A DNA stretch of 64,000 nt, from positions 14,608 to 78,607 of the forward strand of contig JBBRRY010000017.1 in the NCBI GenBank assembly GCA_038245905.1, written 5' to 3'. The notes below the pieces were generated by a model, which saw nothing but the letters and a program-made list of their open reading frames with translations, was not told the DNA's origin and did no database searches. This stretch comes from Thermoanaerobaculia bacterium (GTDB lineage: Bacteria > Acidobacteriota > Thermoanaerobaculia > UBA5066). The position numbers and the translations under genes are program-made. This document shows, piece by piece, positions 38,963 to 48,220 of this stretch (positions within the stretch are counted from its first letter, which is position 1; every line of letters starts with the position of its first letter).

Positions 38963-39836
38963 CGCGCGACGTTCGGAACAGCGCAATCTGCGTTTTCGTT
39001 CCCTTGGCTCTATACATTGCCGTATCGGCATTCTTGAAGAGAACGTCCGCCGTTCTTCCATCGGCGGGATAGACGGCAATGCCGATACTGGCTCTTATCG
39101 AAAGCGTGGTCCCCTTCAACTCGCAGGCTTCGGCGATCCGAGACTGCATCTTCTGTGCAAGCCGCGTCACCACGGCGTCCTGCTTGACCTCGAGCAACAG
39201 ACAGACGAATTCGTCGCCTCCCCAGCGACTGACCATGTCTTCCGCGCGGACGGAAGACCGTAAACGGTTCGCCACCATCAACAGCACCTGGTCTCCCAGA
39301 TCATGGCCATGAGAGTCGTTGATTTTCTTGAAGTCATCGATATCGATGAACAGGACCGCGAGCTTCCAGCCGTGCCGTTTTGCCTGGATCAACCCATGGT
39401 CGAGGCGCTGCTCGAATGACACGCGGTTCGGAAGGCCGGTGAGCGCGTCCTGAAGCGCGAGTTGTTGCGCTTCTTCCTCCTTGAGCTGGGATTTCGACAG
39501 ATCGTCCCGCACGTCGGCCAGGTCGGTCTTCGTGTCCGCGAGCTCGGATTCGATGACGATTCGCTCAGCGACTTCTCTGGCGAGCTGGGCGTTGACCAGC
39601 TTCAAATCGTCCGCGGCTTTCGCTACCTTGTGTTCGACATCCTCGTTCTCGGCGAGAAGATGTTTGATGGTCTGAACAGGGACGTTGTCCTGCCGGAGGA
39701 TTTCATTAACCGATGTGAGTTCAGTGGCCGCCTCCTTGACGGTGTCCTTGATCTTCTCGTTCTTCTTGAGCACGCCTCCAAGCGAAGCTCTCCTGGCGGA
39801 CGCGTGTGGTTTCAGCCCTTTTGATCTTGACTTCAT
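38949..39836 (-). CDS. diguanylate cyclase (coiled coil plus GGDEF)
   Basis: DALTGLPNR, FIDIDDFKKINDSHGH, RAED I-site and GGDEF; atypical codon usage. Confidence 0.9.
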   Translation of the reverse strand: MKSRSKGLKPHASARRASLGGVLKKNEKIKDTVKEAATELTSVNEILRQDNVPVQTIKHLLAENEDVEHKVAKAADDLKLVNAQLAREVAERIVIESELADTKTDLADVRDDLSKSQLKEEEAQQLALQDALTGLPNRVSFEQRLDHGLIQAKRHGWKLAVLFIDIDDFKKINDSHGHDLGDQVLLMVANRLRSSVRAEDMVSRWGGDEFVCLLLEVKQDAVVTRLAQKMQSRIAEACELKGTTLSIRASIGIAVYPADGRTADVLFKNADTAMYRAKGTKTQIALFRTSRASRI

Positions 39837-39917
39837 CACGAGCTCTCCATGCACCCCGCATCAGTAATCAGTTTACTGCGATTCTCGGACTCCTAGACCC
39901 GCAGTAGACTGGACGCG

Positions 39918-41204
39918 ATGGACTATCGCCTTCTCCTGAAGAACGTCGAGAAGACCCTCGAAGCCATCGAGGGCGGCGACGACGTGCTCGTGACGATCGT
40001 GAGCGTCGGCGAGGCGATCGTCCGGAACTTCCAGAGGGAGCTCGGGATCCTGGGCGGTCGGCTCTACGTGCGCCGGGAGAACCAGTACGTCCTCGAGCGG
40101 GGATTCGGCCGCTCGCGACGCGTCCCGACGGGCATCTCCGTTTCCGCCGAGTACGGCCCCATCCGCCGCGCGGAGGAAGACGGGATGGCGCTTGCCGATC
40201 TCGACGATCCGTCCATCGACAAGGCGTTCGAGAAGAGCCTCGGCGTCTCGCGCTTCGCCGCCGTCTCGTTCGGTGAGGAGCGCTATCTCCTCTCCTTCGA
40301 CGTCCACCCGAGGGCGCGCGAAGAGGACCTCCTCCTCGCGCTCGGCATCATCCGGACCGTGGTCGACTCGAAGGTGCGCACGGAGCGCCTCGAGGGCCTC
40401 CTGCAGGACGCCCGGCGTATCCAGCAGTCGATTCTCCCGCGCGCGATTCCCCAGGTGGGCGACTTCGAGCTCTTCGGACTGTCGGTTCCGGCCGAGGCGG
40501 TCGGCGGGGACTTCTACGATTTCATTCCGCTCGGCGACCTGAGCTTCGGCGCGGCCATCGCGGACGCGTCCGGCCACGGACTTCTCGCGGCGCTGCTCGT
40601 GCGCGACATCTACGTCGGTCTCCGGATGGGGATCGGAAACGACTTCAAGATCGCCCGCACGATCGAGCGGCTGAACCGCATCCTGAACAAGAGCCGACTC
40701 ACGACGAAGTTCGTCTCCCTCTTCTACGGCGAGTTCGAGACGAATGGCGACATCGTTTACGTGAACGCGGGGCACCCGTCACCCCTCCATCTGCATGCCG
40801 TGACGGGCTCGTTCAGCGAGCTTGCCTCGACGGGAATGGTCCTCGGCCCCGCGCCCGACGCCGTTTACAGCCGGCGGGCGGCTCACATGGAGCCGGGCGA
40901 CCTCGTGCTTCTCTATACGGACGGAGTCGTCGAGGCCCACGATTCGAAGGGTCGCGAGTTCGGGATGTCCCGGCTTAAGCGACTGCTCATCGAGGCGAGG
41001 CGCGAATCGGCGCGCGAGGTCGTGCACCGGGTCGTCAATGCGGCGCGCTCGTGGTCGCACGGAGCCCCCGTGGAGGACGACATGACGGCCGTCGCGATCC
41101 GGCGCGTGCCGCAGCGGGCCGGCGACCGTCCGCACCGGTCGGGCGAGCATCCACGCGTCAAGCCCGAGACGACGCCTCACGGAACCAGGCCGCGGTCCGC
41201 CTGA
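39918..41204 (+). CDS. SpoIIE/RsbU-type PP2C phosphatase with GAF-like N-domain
   Basis: ARRIQQSILP, VGGDFYD, IADASGHG, NAGHP, YTDGVVEA and DDMT motifs. Confidence 0.9.
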   Translation: MDYRLLLKNVEKTLEAIEGGDDVLVTIVSVGEAIVRNFQRELGILGGRLYVRRENQYVLERGFGRSRRVPTGISVSAEYGPIRRAEEDGMALADLDDPSIDKAFEKSLGVSRFAAVSFGEERYLLSFDVHPRAREEDLLLALGIIRTVVDSKVRTERLEGLLQDARRIQQSILPRAIPQVGDFELFGLSVPAEAVGGDFYDFIPLGDLSFGAAIADASGHGLLAALLVRDIYVGLRMGIGNDFKIARTIERLNRILNKSRLTTKFVSLFYGEFETNGDIVYVNAGHPSPLHLHAVTGSFSELASTGMVLGPAPDAVYSRRAAHMEPGDLVLLYTDGVVEAHDSKGREFGMSRLKRLLIEARRESAREVVHRVVNAARSWSHGAPVEDDMTAVAIRRVPQRAGDRPHRSGEHPRVKPETTPHGTRPRSA

Positions 41205-42102
41205 GACCCTCGGCGAGACGGACGGGCTCCGGCAGGCCGAGGGCGGCCCGCCCTTTCGCGACGTCGAGGACGCTCCGGCGCTGCTCTCCAGGCTTGGCGG
41301 CCTCGTGCGGGGCCTTCGCGGAGGAGCCGCAGGACCGCACGACTTCGTCCCAGAGGGCGTTTACGTTCGTCTCGACGCCGGTCCCGACGTTGTAAACGCC
41401 CGCGAGGCGCTTCGAGGCCGCCGCGCGGTTTGCGGAGACGACGTCCCCGACGTAGACGAAGTCGCGGGAGTTGAGGCCGTCGCCGTAGATGACGCAGGGC
41501 TTTCCTTGGAGGAGGCGCGCCATCCAGATCCCGACGACGCCGGCCTCGCCCCGCCCGTCCTGGCGCGGGCCGTAGACGTTCGCGTAGCGGAGGGCCGTCA
41601 CGAGAAGCGGCGTCCCGTGCGCGAGGCCGAAGAGATACTTCTCGCCCGCGAGCTTCGCGACGCCATAGGGCGACACGGGGTTCGTCGCGTGGCTCTCGTC
41701 GGCGGCGAATCCCTCGGGGTCGCCGTAGATCGCGCCGCCGCTGGAGGCGAAGATGATCTGCGTGACACCTGCCTCGATCGCAGCCTTGGCGATGCGGATC
41801 GTCCCGAGGACGTTGACCTCCGCGTCGAAGACGGGATCCTCGACCGATTTGCGCACGTCGATCTGCGCGGCATGGTGGACGATCGTGTCGATCTTCTCGG
41901 CTTCGAGGAGAGCCGCGAAATCGAAGTTCCGGATATCGCCTTCGACGAAACGGGCCGGGCCGGGGAGACGCGATGCCTGGCCCGTCGAGAGATCGTCGAG
42001 GATGACGACCCGCTTGCCTTCGGCCAGGAAGGCGTCGGCGAGATGGGAGCCGATGAAACCGGCTCCGCCGGTGACGAGGACGGAACGCGTCTCGGGCATC
42101 AT
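41158..42102 (-). CDS. NAD-dependent epimerase/dehydratase (UDP-glucose 4-epimerase-like)
   Basis: VTGGAGFIGS, YGVAK (YxxxK), RYANVYGPRQ and RDFVYVGDV motifs. Confidence 0.9.
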   Translation of the reverse strand: MMPETRSVLVTGGAGFIGSHLADAFLAEGKRVVILDDLSTGQASRLPGPARFVEGDIRNFDFAALLEAEKIDTIVHHAAQIDVRKSVEDPVFDAEVNVLGTIRIAKAAIEAGVTQIIFASSGGAIYGDPEGFAADESHATNPVSPYGVAKLAGEKYLFGLAHGTPLLVTALRYANVYGPRQDGRGEAGVVGIWMARLLQGKPCVIYGDGLNSRDFVYVGDVVSANRAAASKRLAGVYNVGTGVETNVNALWDEVVRSCGSSAKAPHEAAKPGEQRRSVLDVAKGRAALGLPEPVRLAEGLRRTAAWFREASSRA

Positions 42103-42118
42103 GGGTGTGGAGGATAGC

Positions 42119-42736
42119 GTGCCCTCTCGCCGACCGCTCCCCGCCACCTTTTTCCGCCGCGACACCGAGGTCATCGCGCGTGATCTCCTGGGCTGCCGGC
42201 TCACGCGGCGGCTGCCCGACGGCACCACGCGATCCGTGATCCTGGTCGAAACGGAGGCCTATCTCGGCGTGAAGGACCGCGCGGCGCACACGTGGAACGG
42301 CCGTCGTACCGCCCGCGTCGAGCCGATGTGGGGGGCGGGCGGCCACGCGTACGTCTATTTCGTCTACGGGATGCACTTCTGCATGAACGTCGTAGCGGGC
42401 GAAGAAGGGATTCCGGAGGCGGTCTTGCTGAGAGCGGGGATTCCGGAGGGAGAAGAGAAGGTTTCTTTGAAGGTGAATAGGGGAGGGGAGGCGTCCGGGC
42501 CCGCGAAGCTGTGCGCCTATCTGGGCGTGACCACCGCGCTGTCCGGCGCCTCGCTCTCCGGCCCCGAGCTGGTCCTCTCGCGCGGGCCGCGTCGGCGGTT
42601 CTCGATCGTCGCCGGGCCGCGCGTGGGCGTGGACTACGCGGGGGAGGCCGCGGCGTGGCCGCTGCGCTTCGCGATGGCCGGGTGCAAGGCCGTGACGAAG
42701 CCCAAGGGGCTCCGTCCTTTCCGTGTCATCGCATGA
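42119..42736 (+). CDS. mpg: DNA-3-methyladenine glycosylase (MPG/AAG family)
   Basis: ARDLLG, VETEAY, YVYFVYGMHFCMNVV, AVLLRA, GPAKLC and RVGV motifs; GGAGG before the GTG. Confidence 0.9.
   Translation: MPSRRPLPATFFRRDTEVIARDLLGCRLTRRLPDGTTRSVILVETEAYLGVKDRAAHTWNGRRTARVEPMWGAGGHAYVYFVYGMHFCMNVVAGEEGIPEAVLLRAGIPEGEEKVSLKVNRGGEASGPAKLCAYLGVTTALSGASLSGPELVLSRGPRRRFSIVAGPRVGVDYAGEAAAWPLRFAMAGCKAVTKPKGLRPFRVIA
42455..42483 (-). repeat. copy of the dispersed motif inside mpg
   Basis: Reverse complement reads CCCCTATTCACCTTCAAAGAAACCTTCTC. Confidence 0.68.
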
Positions 42737-43568
42737 TCGCGATGACGTCGAAGAACGGAGCCGCGAGCCTCTCGTCCCCGCTCACGGTGGTACGGCGTCT
42801 CGCCTCCTCGCGCGAGAGGCCGCCCGTGAGGATCCGCCACGCGGTCTCGCCGCCCATCGCGATGCGGGCCTTCGGCGAATCCGCGGGGCCTCTCTCGAGG
42901 AGCCAGGTGCGTCCCTCGCGGCGCAGCGCATAGACGCGGTCGACTGGCGACTGGGTCGCGATCTCGAGGGACTCGCCGTCGCTCGCGGCGACGTCCCGAT
43001 ACGTGAACGGCAAGGCGCGGGCGAACGTGTCCATTACGGGCCCCGCGTAGCGCGCTTCCAGAAGAAGCGGAATCCCTGCGGCGAGACGGATCTGCTGTTG
43101 GTGGTGCCAGTGCTCGGTGAAATCCCGCGCGAGGTCGAACCATGCGGCCGACCGCGCCTCGCCGGCCCACGACACCGCGAAGACCGCGAACCCGAAGGGG
43201 TCCGTCGCGCGCGCGGTCTCCGCGAGGCGAGGGGCGGCCCATTCGAGGAGCTCGATCAGGACGCGAGGACTGAGCCGGCGGCTCGTCTCGACGAAGCCCG
43301 CGTTCAGGCCGTTCAAGAAGCGCACGAGGTCGTCATACCCCCGAATCGGGGTGCCCGGCGGCGGAGGCACGTGCCCGTCGCGCTGCGCCGAGATGCGGCG
43401 GAGCTGGCCGTCGAGGATGTGCGCGACGATCTCCTTGACGCGCCAGAGGCGGCTCGTCGTCGGGAGATCCCACGCGCCTGCCGGGAGGCCGCGGAGGACG
43501 CCGAGGAGCTCCTCCTGGAGCGGAAGGAACAAGTCCTGGACGAGCGTTGGGGCCAGCGGTCCTGCCAT
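42726..43568 (-). CDS. DinB-like / maleylpyruvate isomerase N-terminal family protein
   Basis: WDLPT...WRVKEIVAH and EHWHHQQQIR metal-binding His pattern. Confidence 0.75.
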   Translation of the reverse strand: MAGPLAPTLVQDLFLPLQEELLGVLRGLPAGAWDLPTTSRLWRVKEIVAHILDGQLRRISAQRDGHVPPPPGTPIRGYDDLVRFLNGLNAGFVETSRRLSPRVLIELLEWAAPRLAETARATDPFGFAVFAVSWAGEARSAAWFDLARDFTEHWHHQQQIRLAAGIPLLLEARYAGPVMDTFARALPFTYRDVAASDGESLEIATQSPVDRVYALRREGRTWLLERGPADSPKARIAMGGETAWRILTGGLSREEARRRTTVSGDERLAAPFFDVIAIMR

Positions 43569-43570
43569 GC

Positions 43571-45286
43571 TTACAGGGTCTTGAGATCGGCGAGCGCCGA
43601 GGCGGTCACGAGGCAGTTCTTTCCGCTGCGCTTCGCCTGATAGAGGGCCTGGTCGGCGCGCTCGACGAGGAGGCGCTTCGTGCCCGCGTCCTCCGGGAAG
43701 CACGAAAGGCCGAGCGAAATCGTCACGCCGAGAGCGTGATCGAGATTCGGTGCGACGAAGAGGCGTCCGGCCACGCGATTGCGGAGGCGGTCGGCGACGA
43801 CCCAGGCCTTCGCAGGCGTCGTTTCGGGAAAGATGAGCGCGAATTCCTCTCCGCCGTACCGGGCGACCGTGTCCATCTCACGCACGCCCTTGGTCAGCTC
43901 CTCGACGAGCCCGCGCAGCACGAGGTCTCCGACGGGGTGTCCCCAGCGATCGTTGATCTTCTTGAAGTCGTCGATGTCGAGCATGACGAGGGCGAGCGGC
44001 TGACCGCTCCGCTCGTGGCGGGCGAGCTCGCGGGCAAGCGTCTCCTGGAAGTAACGGTGGTTGAACGCCTCGGTCAGAGAGTCGCGCACCGACATCTGCC
44101 GGGTCGTCTCGTAGGCGCGCGCCGACTGGATCGCCGTCACGGCCTGATTCGAGAATATTTCGAGGGCCTGGACGTCCTCGAGTCGCGGCACGAGTCCGCT
44201 CCGCGGCTGGTCGACCTGAAGGACCCCGACGAGCAGGTCGCCGGCGGTGAGCGGAACGAAGAGAAGATCGTTCGGGTGCCAGGCGCCCACGGCCGTGCTG
44301 CGCCGGCGGCGCTCGATGCGGCCGGAGTCGTCGACGAGCGTGCCCACGTCCTTGCGATCGAGGTGGCTCACGAAGTACGACTTCGAGATCCGGTAGCGTT
44401 CGCCGAACCATCGCGCGATCTCCTCGCGCGCAAGTTTTCGGGGCGGTGCCCCTTGCGCCGTGTCGTCGATCCCTACCTGCGCGCGGCGTTCGAAGACGTT
44501 CTCCGCGGGGTCGAATAGGGAGAGCACGACGACCCGGTAGCCGAGGCTGTGATGGACTGCCTGCACGATGCTTTGCACGAGGTGCTCGAGGGTCAGGTGC
44601 GACTTCAGCTCGTTCGAGACTTCGAGGATGCGCTGGAGCATCTCGGCGCGCCCCTGGAGGCGCTCGTTCACGGCCTGCATCTGCCGCCTGAGGTTTCGGT
44701 CCTGAAGGGCGAGGGCCACGTGATCCGACACGACCGAGAGTTCCTGCAAGGTCTGCGGTGTCACGAGCGACGGGTCGTCCGATTCCGCGATCAGGACGCC
44801 CGCGATCAAGGCCGGAGTCTGGAGCGGCAGGAACACCTGATGGGAGAAACGCGGGTTGAGGACGAGATCGCGGTCGGGACCGCTTGCGACGCGCGGCGTG
44901 GGCGAGGCCGGAAGGAACGGTGACTCGAGATCCTTCTGCGAGGCGAGCCAGTCGAGGAACGGCCGCCGCTCGAGAGTCACGTCGCCGCCGAACGACACGA
45001 GCGCCTGGCCATCCGGGTCCTCTTCGTAGGACACGGCCGCGAGGGCGCGGATGGGGAGCGCCTGGCGGAGCGCGTCGAAGAGTCGCGCGAAGATCTCTTC
45101 TCCGGCCGCGACACTCGAGACGATGGCGGTGAGCTCGCGGAGCGTCGCAAGCTCGCGGTTCTTGCGGGACAGCTCGGTGGTGCCGGAACGGGCCTGCGCG
45201 AGCTTTCGGGTGACGACGACGACCGTGACGAGGAGTCCCAGCGCGACGGACGCGATCAGGGCGGGCGGGAGATCGAGGCTCCACAT
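43571..45286 (-). CDS. membrane-anchored GAF-GAF-GGDEF diguanylate cyclase
   Basis: N-terminal TM segment, two GAF-like segments, DSLT, DIDDFKKINDRWGH, REMD I-site and GGEEF. Confidence 0.9.
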   Translation of the reverse strand: MWSLDLPPALIASVALGLLVTVVVVTRKLAQARSGTTELSRKNRELATLRELTAIVSSVAAGEEIFARLFDALRQALPIRALAAVSYEEDPDGQALVSFGGDVTLERRPFLDWLASQKDLESPFLPASPTPRVASGPDRDLVLNPRFSHQVFLPLQTPALIAGVLIAESDDPSLVTPQTLQELSVVSDHVALALQDRNLRRQMQAVNERLQGRAEMLQRILEVSNELKSHLTLEHLVQSIVQAVHHSLGYRVVVLSLFDPAENVFERRAQVGIDDTAQGAPPRKLAREEIARWFGERYRISKSYFVSHLDRKDVGTLVDDSGRIERRRRSTAVGAWHPNDLLFVPLTAGDLLVGVLQVDQPRSGLVPRLEDVQALEIFSNQAVTAIQSARAYETTRQMSVRDSLTEAFNHRYFQETLARELARHERSGQPLALVMLDIDDFKKINDRWGHPVGDLVLRGLVEELTKGVREMDTVARYGGEEFALIFPETTPAKAWVVADRLRNRVAGRLFVAPNLDHALGVTISLGLSCFPEDAGTKRLLVERADQALYQAKRSGKNCLVTASALADLKTL

Positions 45287-46683
45287 CACTTGAAGGTGAT
45301 GATGCCGCTCTTGTGAAGCTTGTGAAAGATGCGCGTGACCTCGGCTTCGGGGAAGGGCGAGATGCGGGCGATCGAGCGCACGTCCCAGATCCCGTTGATG
45401 CGCGACACGATAAAGGCCTCGGGGGGCGTGAACGGGAAGTTCATGAGCTCTTCCATGGGTTTGCCCAGGACAGGAATGGACCCGGCGGGGATTTTGGGCA
45501 GGGGCTCGGAAGGGGGGGGCGGCGCGGCGGGGCCGGGGGAGGCTGCCGGCGCGGGGGAGGGAGGCGGCGAAGCGGGCACGCGCGCGGCCGGAGGCGCGGC
45601 GGCCGGGGAAGGTCCCGCGGTCGCGACGGTCTTGGCGGCCTTGGCGGCGGGCGGAGGCTTGACGGCCGGCACCGGCGCGGGCGGCGCCTGGGTCTTTGCG
45701 GCCTGGTCGATCTTTGCGTTGGGCAGTGTGTCCGCGCTGTCGGCGGGCCGCGGAGCCGGACGCCTCGATAGGGAGGCCCCGGAATCGCGCTTCAGAAACT
45801 GGTTGAAGTGGGTCGGGACCGGTGTGCGGGGCCCCGGGGGGGCGAGCCGGAATTCGTCCCCGGGCACGGCGGTATGGGCACTCTCGGGAATCGAGTGCAG
45901 ATCGCCCGACATCAGCGGGTCGAACGAGGACGAATCCTCCTCGATCGGCTCGATCTCGGCGAACACGGACTCGGTGGGCGCCTCCTCGCGTTCGCCCACG
46001 ATCATCACGTGGCCCGTGAGCATGAGGTCGTAGATCAGCTTGGCGACGTGGAAGTCCGGATTGTGGGTCTCGAGTGCGATCTGATCGATCGCGCGCCGGC
46101 CGTTCGTCGCGCCGAGGATCATCTTGTCGCGCTCGGGGAGCTCTTCCTCGACCGGCATCACGACCACGGGAATGACGCGCATCGTGGGGATACGGGTTTT
46201 GATGCGTTGCCACTCGTCGTAACGGCGGAGGCCCTCCATCACGATGCCCGTGACGTCGGAGGAGATCGGGACCATGGGAAGGCTCGGGATCTCGCCGTCG
46301 ATGAACGCGAAGGAGCCTTCGGTCCACAGGAAAATGTCGTAGATCGTCTCGGCGGCCTTCAGGCGGACGAGGTCCGCGAGCTCCTCTTCCTTGATGGCGC
46401 CGATCATGACGAGAATCTTGCCGAGGAGGATGCGAGATTCCTGCTGGACCTCCAGCGCGCGGATGAGCTCTTCCTCGGTAATGAACCCGAAACCAACGAG
46501 AAAGCGGCCGAGGTGCTCGCGCTCGAGCGTGGACGAGGAGGACGTGACCCGGCCGTTGTTGAAGTAGATGCGCTTCTCGCCGGGCGCACCGCGCACGACG
46601 AGCGTTCCGGTCTTGAGGCCCGTCGAGAGCCACTGGAGCAGCTCCGACAACTGCATCGTGCGCAGATTTCCTGCGATGGCCAT
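45286..46683 (-). CDS. DUF4388 (PatA-N-like) domain protein with Pro/Ala-rich linker
   Basis: GNLRTMQLSELLQWL...KTGTL, LGRFLV..G.I, LGKILV and W.EGSF.F patterns. Confidence 0.78.
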   Translation of the reverse strand: MAIAGNLRTMQLSELLQWLSTGLKTGTLVVRGAPGEKRIYFNNGRVTSSSSTLEREHLGRFLVGFGFITEEELIRALEVQQESRILLGKILVMIGAIKEEELADLVRLKAAETIYDIFLWTEGSFAFIDGEIPSLPMVPISSDVTGIVMEGLRRYDEWQRIKTRIPTMRVIPVVVMPVEEELPERDKMILGATNGRRAIDQIALETHNPDFHVAKLIYDLMLTGHVMIVGEREEAPTESVFAEIEPIEEDSSSFDPLMSGDLHSIPESAHTAVPGDEFRLAPPGPRTPVPTHFNQFLKRDSGASLSRRPAPRPADSADTLPNAKIDQAAKTQAPPAPVPAVKPPPAAKAAKTVATAGPSPAAAPPAARVPASPPPSPAPAASPGPAAPPPPSEPLPKIPAGSIPVLGKPMEELMNFPFTPPEAFIVSRINGIWDVRSIARISPFPEAEVTRIFHKLHKSGIITFK

Positions 46684-46724
46684 GCGGGGCGATTGTAACC
46701 CGTAAGCACCTGACGGGAGCGGAT

Positions 46725-47912
46725 TTACTCCATCGGAGGGTTGTACGAGGGGATCCCCGTCACGGCCTGCCCGAGCACGAGCGTGTGGATGTCGTGCGTG
46801 CCTTCGTATGTGAAGACCGACTCGATGTTCGCGAGATGCCGGAAGACGGGGTACTCGCCCGCAATGCCGTTCGCGCCGAGGATCTCGCGCGCGAGCTTCG
46901 CGCACTCGCGCGCGACCCACACGTTGTTCCGTTTCACCATGGACACGTGCTCGGGCTTCATCGTGCCGGCGTCCTTCATCCGCCCGAGCCGGAGCGCGAG
47001 GAGCTGGCCCTTCGTGATCTCCGTGATCATGAACGCGAACTTTGCCTGCACGAGCTGGTGCGACGCGATGGGGCGGTCTTTAAACTGCTTGCGGCTCTTC
47101 GCGTAGTCGAGGGCGCACGTATACGTGGCCATCGCCGAGCCGAGGGCGCCCCACGAGATGCCGTACCGCGCCTGCGTCAGGCATGAGAGCGGGCCCTTCA
47201 GCCCTTCGACGCCCGGCAGGACGCTTGCCGCCGGCACGCGCACGTCCTCGAAGGCGAGCTGCGACGTGACCGAGGCGCGGAGGGACATCTTCATCCGGTG
47301 CTCGGGCGCGGTGAACCCCTTCATGCCCTTCTCGACGAGGAACCCTCTCACGGGACCGTTCAGGTCGCCGACCTTCGCCCAGACGACGGCGACGTCCGCA
47401 ATCGAGCCGTTCGTGATCCAGGCTTTCGCGCCGTTCAGGATCCAGTCGTTCCCGTCCTTCTTCGCGACGGTGCGCATACCGGCGGGGTTCGAGCCGAAGT
47501 CCGGCTCCGTCAGGCCGAAACAGCCGATCTTCTCGCCCCTCGAGAGAGCCGGAATCCAGCGGTCCTTCTGCTCCTTCGAGCCATACGTGAAGATCGGGTA
47601 CATCACGAGCGACGACTGGACGGACACGAATGAACGCAGGCCGGAATCGCCGCGCTCGAGCTCTTCCGTGATGAGCCCGTATGCGACGTTGTTCAGGCCC
47701 GGCAGGCCGTACTCCGAGATCGTGGAACCGAAGAGGTTCAGCGCGGCCATCTTCGGGATCAGCTCTTTCGGGAACCGCCCCTCGTAGGCGCACGCTTCGA
47801 TGATGGGAAGGATGTACTCATCCACGAAGCTGCGCACGAGGTCGCGCACGGCTCGCTCGTCGTCCGAGAGCATGTCTTCGATGCCCAGAAAGTCGACTCC
47901 TGAAAAGCTCAC
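46725..47912 (-). CDS. acyl-CoA dehydrogenase (glutaryl-CoA dehydrogenase-like)
   Basis: ELERGDSGLRSFVSVQSSL, GCFGLTEPDFGSNP, WITNG and YEGTHDIH motifs. Confidence 0.9.
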   Translation of the reverse strand: MSFSGVDFLGIEDMLSDDERAVRDLVRSFVDEYILPIIEACAYEGRFPKELIPKMAALNLFGSTISEYGLPGLNNVAYGLITEELERGDSGLRSFVSVQSSLVMYPIFTYGSKEQKDRWIPALSRGEKIGCFGLTEPDFGSNPAGMRTVAKKDGNDWILNGAKAWITNGSIADVAVVWAKVGDLNGPVRGFLVEKGMKGFTAPEHRMKMSLRASVTSQLAFEDVRVPAASVLPGVEGLKGPLSCLTQARYGISWGALGSAMATYTCALDYAKSRKQFKDRPIASHQLVQAKFAFMITEITKGQLLALRLGRMKDAGTMKPEHVSMVKRNNVWVARECAKLAREILGANGIAGEYPVFRHLANIESVFTYEGTHDIHTLVLGQAVTGIPSYNPPME

Positions 47913-47962
47913 GGTTCCTCCAGCGGCCGAAGAGTATCGGCTCCCGGTGCTAATGTCTCCTC

Positions 47963-48220
47963 ATGGCGAATCCTGCGTGGAAGGTGGCGGCGGACGTGGC
48001 GGAGGGTTACGTCTCGCTCAACCCGGTTGTCTTGAAGAAGTACGAGAAGCACGAGGTGGACGTGCTTCTCAAGGAGCTCGAGAAGCTCACGCGGGACACG
48101 CGCTCACAGGTCGTGCCCCAGGACGACGCAGAGGCTAGCGCGACCCGAAGCCGCAGGCTGCTTCGACTCTCGCAGGCGAACGTCGTCCTTCAGAGCTGGC
48201 GAATGAGGATGCTGAAGTGA
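47963..48220 (+). CDS. small hypothetical protein coupled to asnS
   Basis: 85-aa helical ORF; stop overlaps the asnS start; TGnTAATGT 6 nt before the ATG. Confidence 0.7.
   Translation: MANPAWKVAADVAEGYVSLNPVVLKKYEKHEVDVLLKELEKLTRDTRSQVVPQDDAEASATRSRRLLRLSQANVVLQSWRMRMLK

Noticed and set aside
43571-46633. 1020-aa ORF as a single giant GGDEF protein
   Set aside because: The first ~450 codons are Arg/Pro-rich and overlap the DUF4388-like gene in another frame; the plausible start is ATG 45286.
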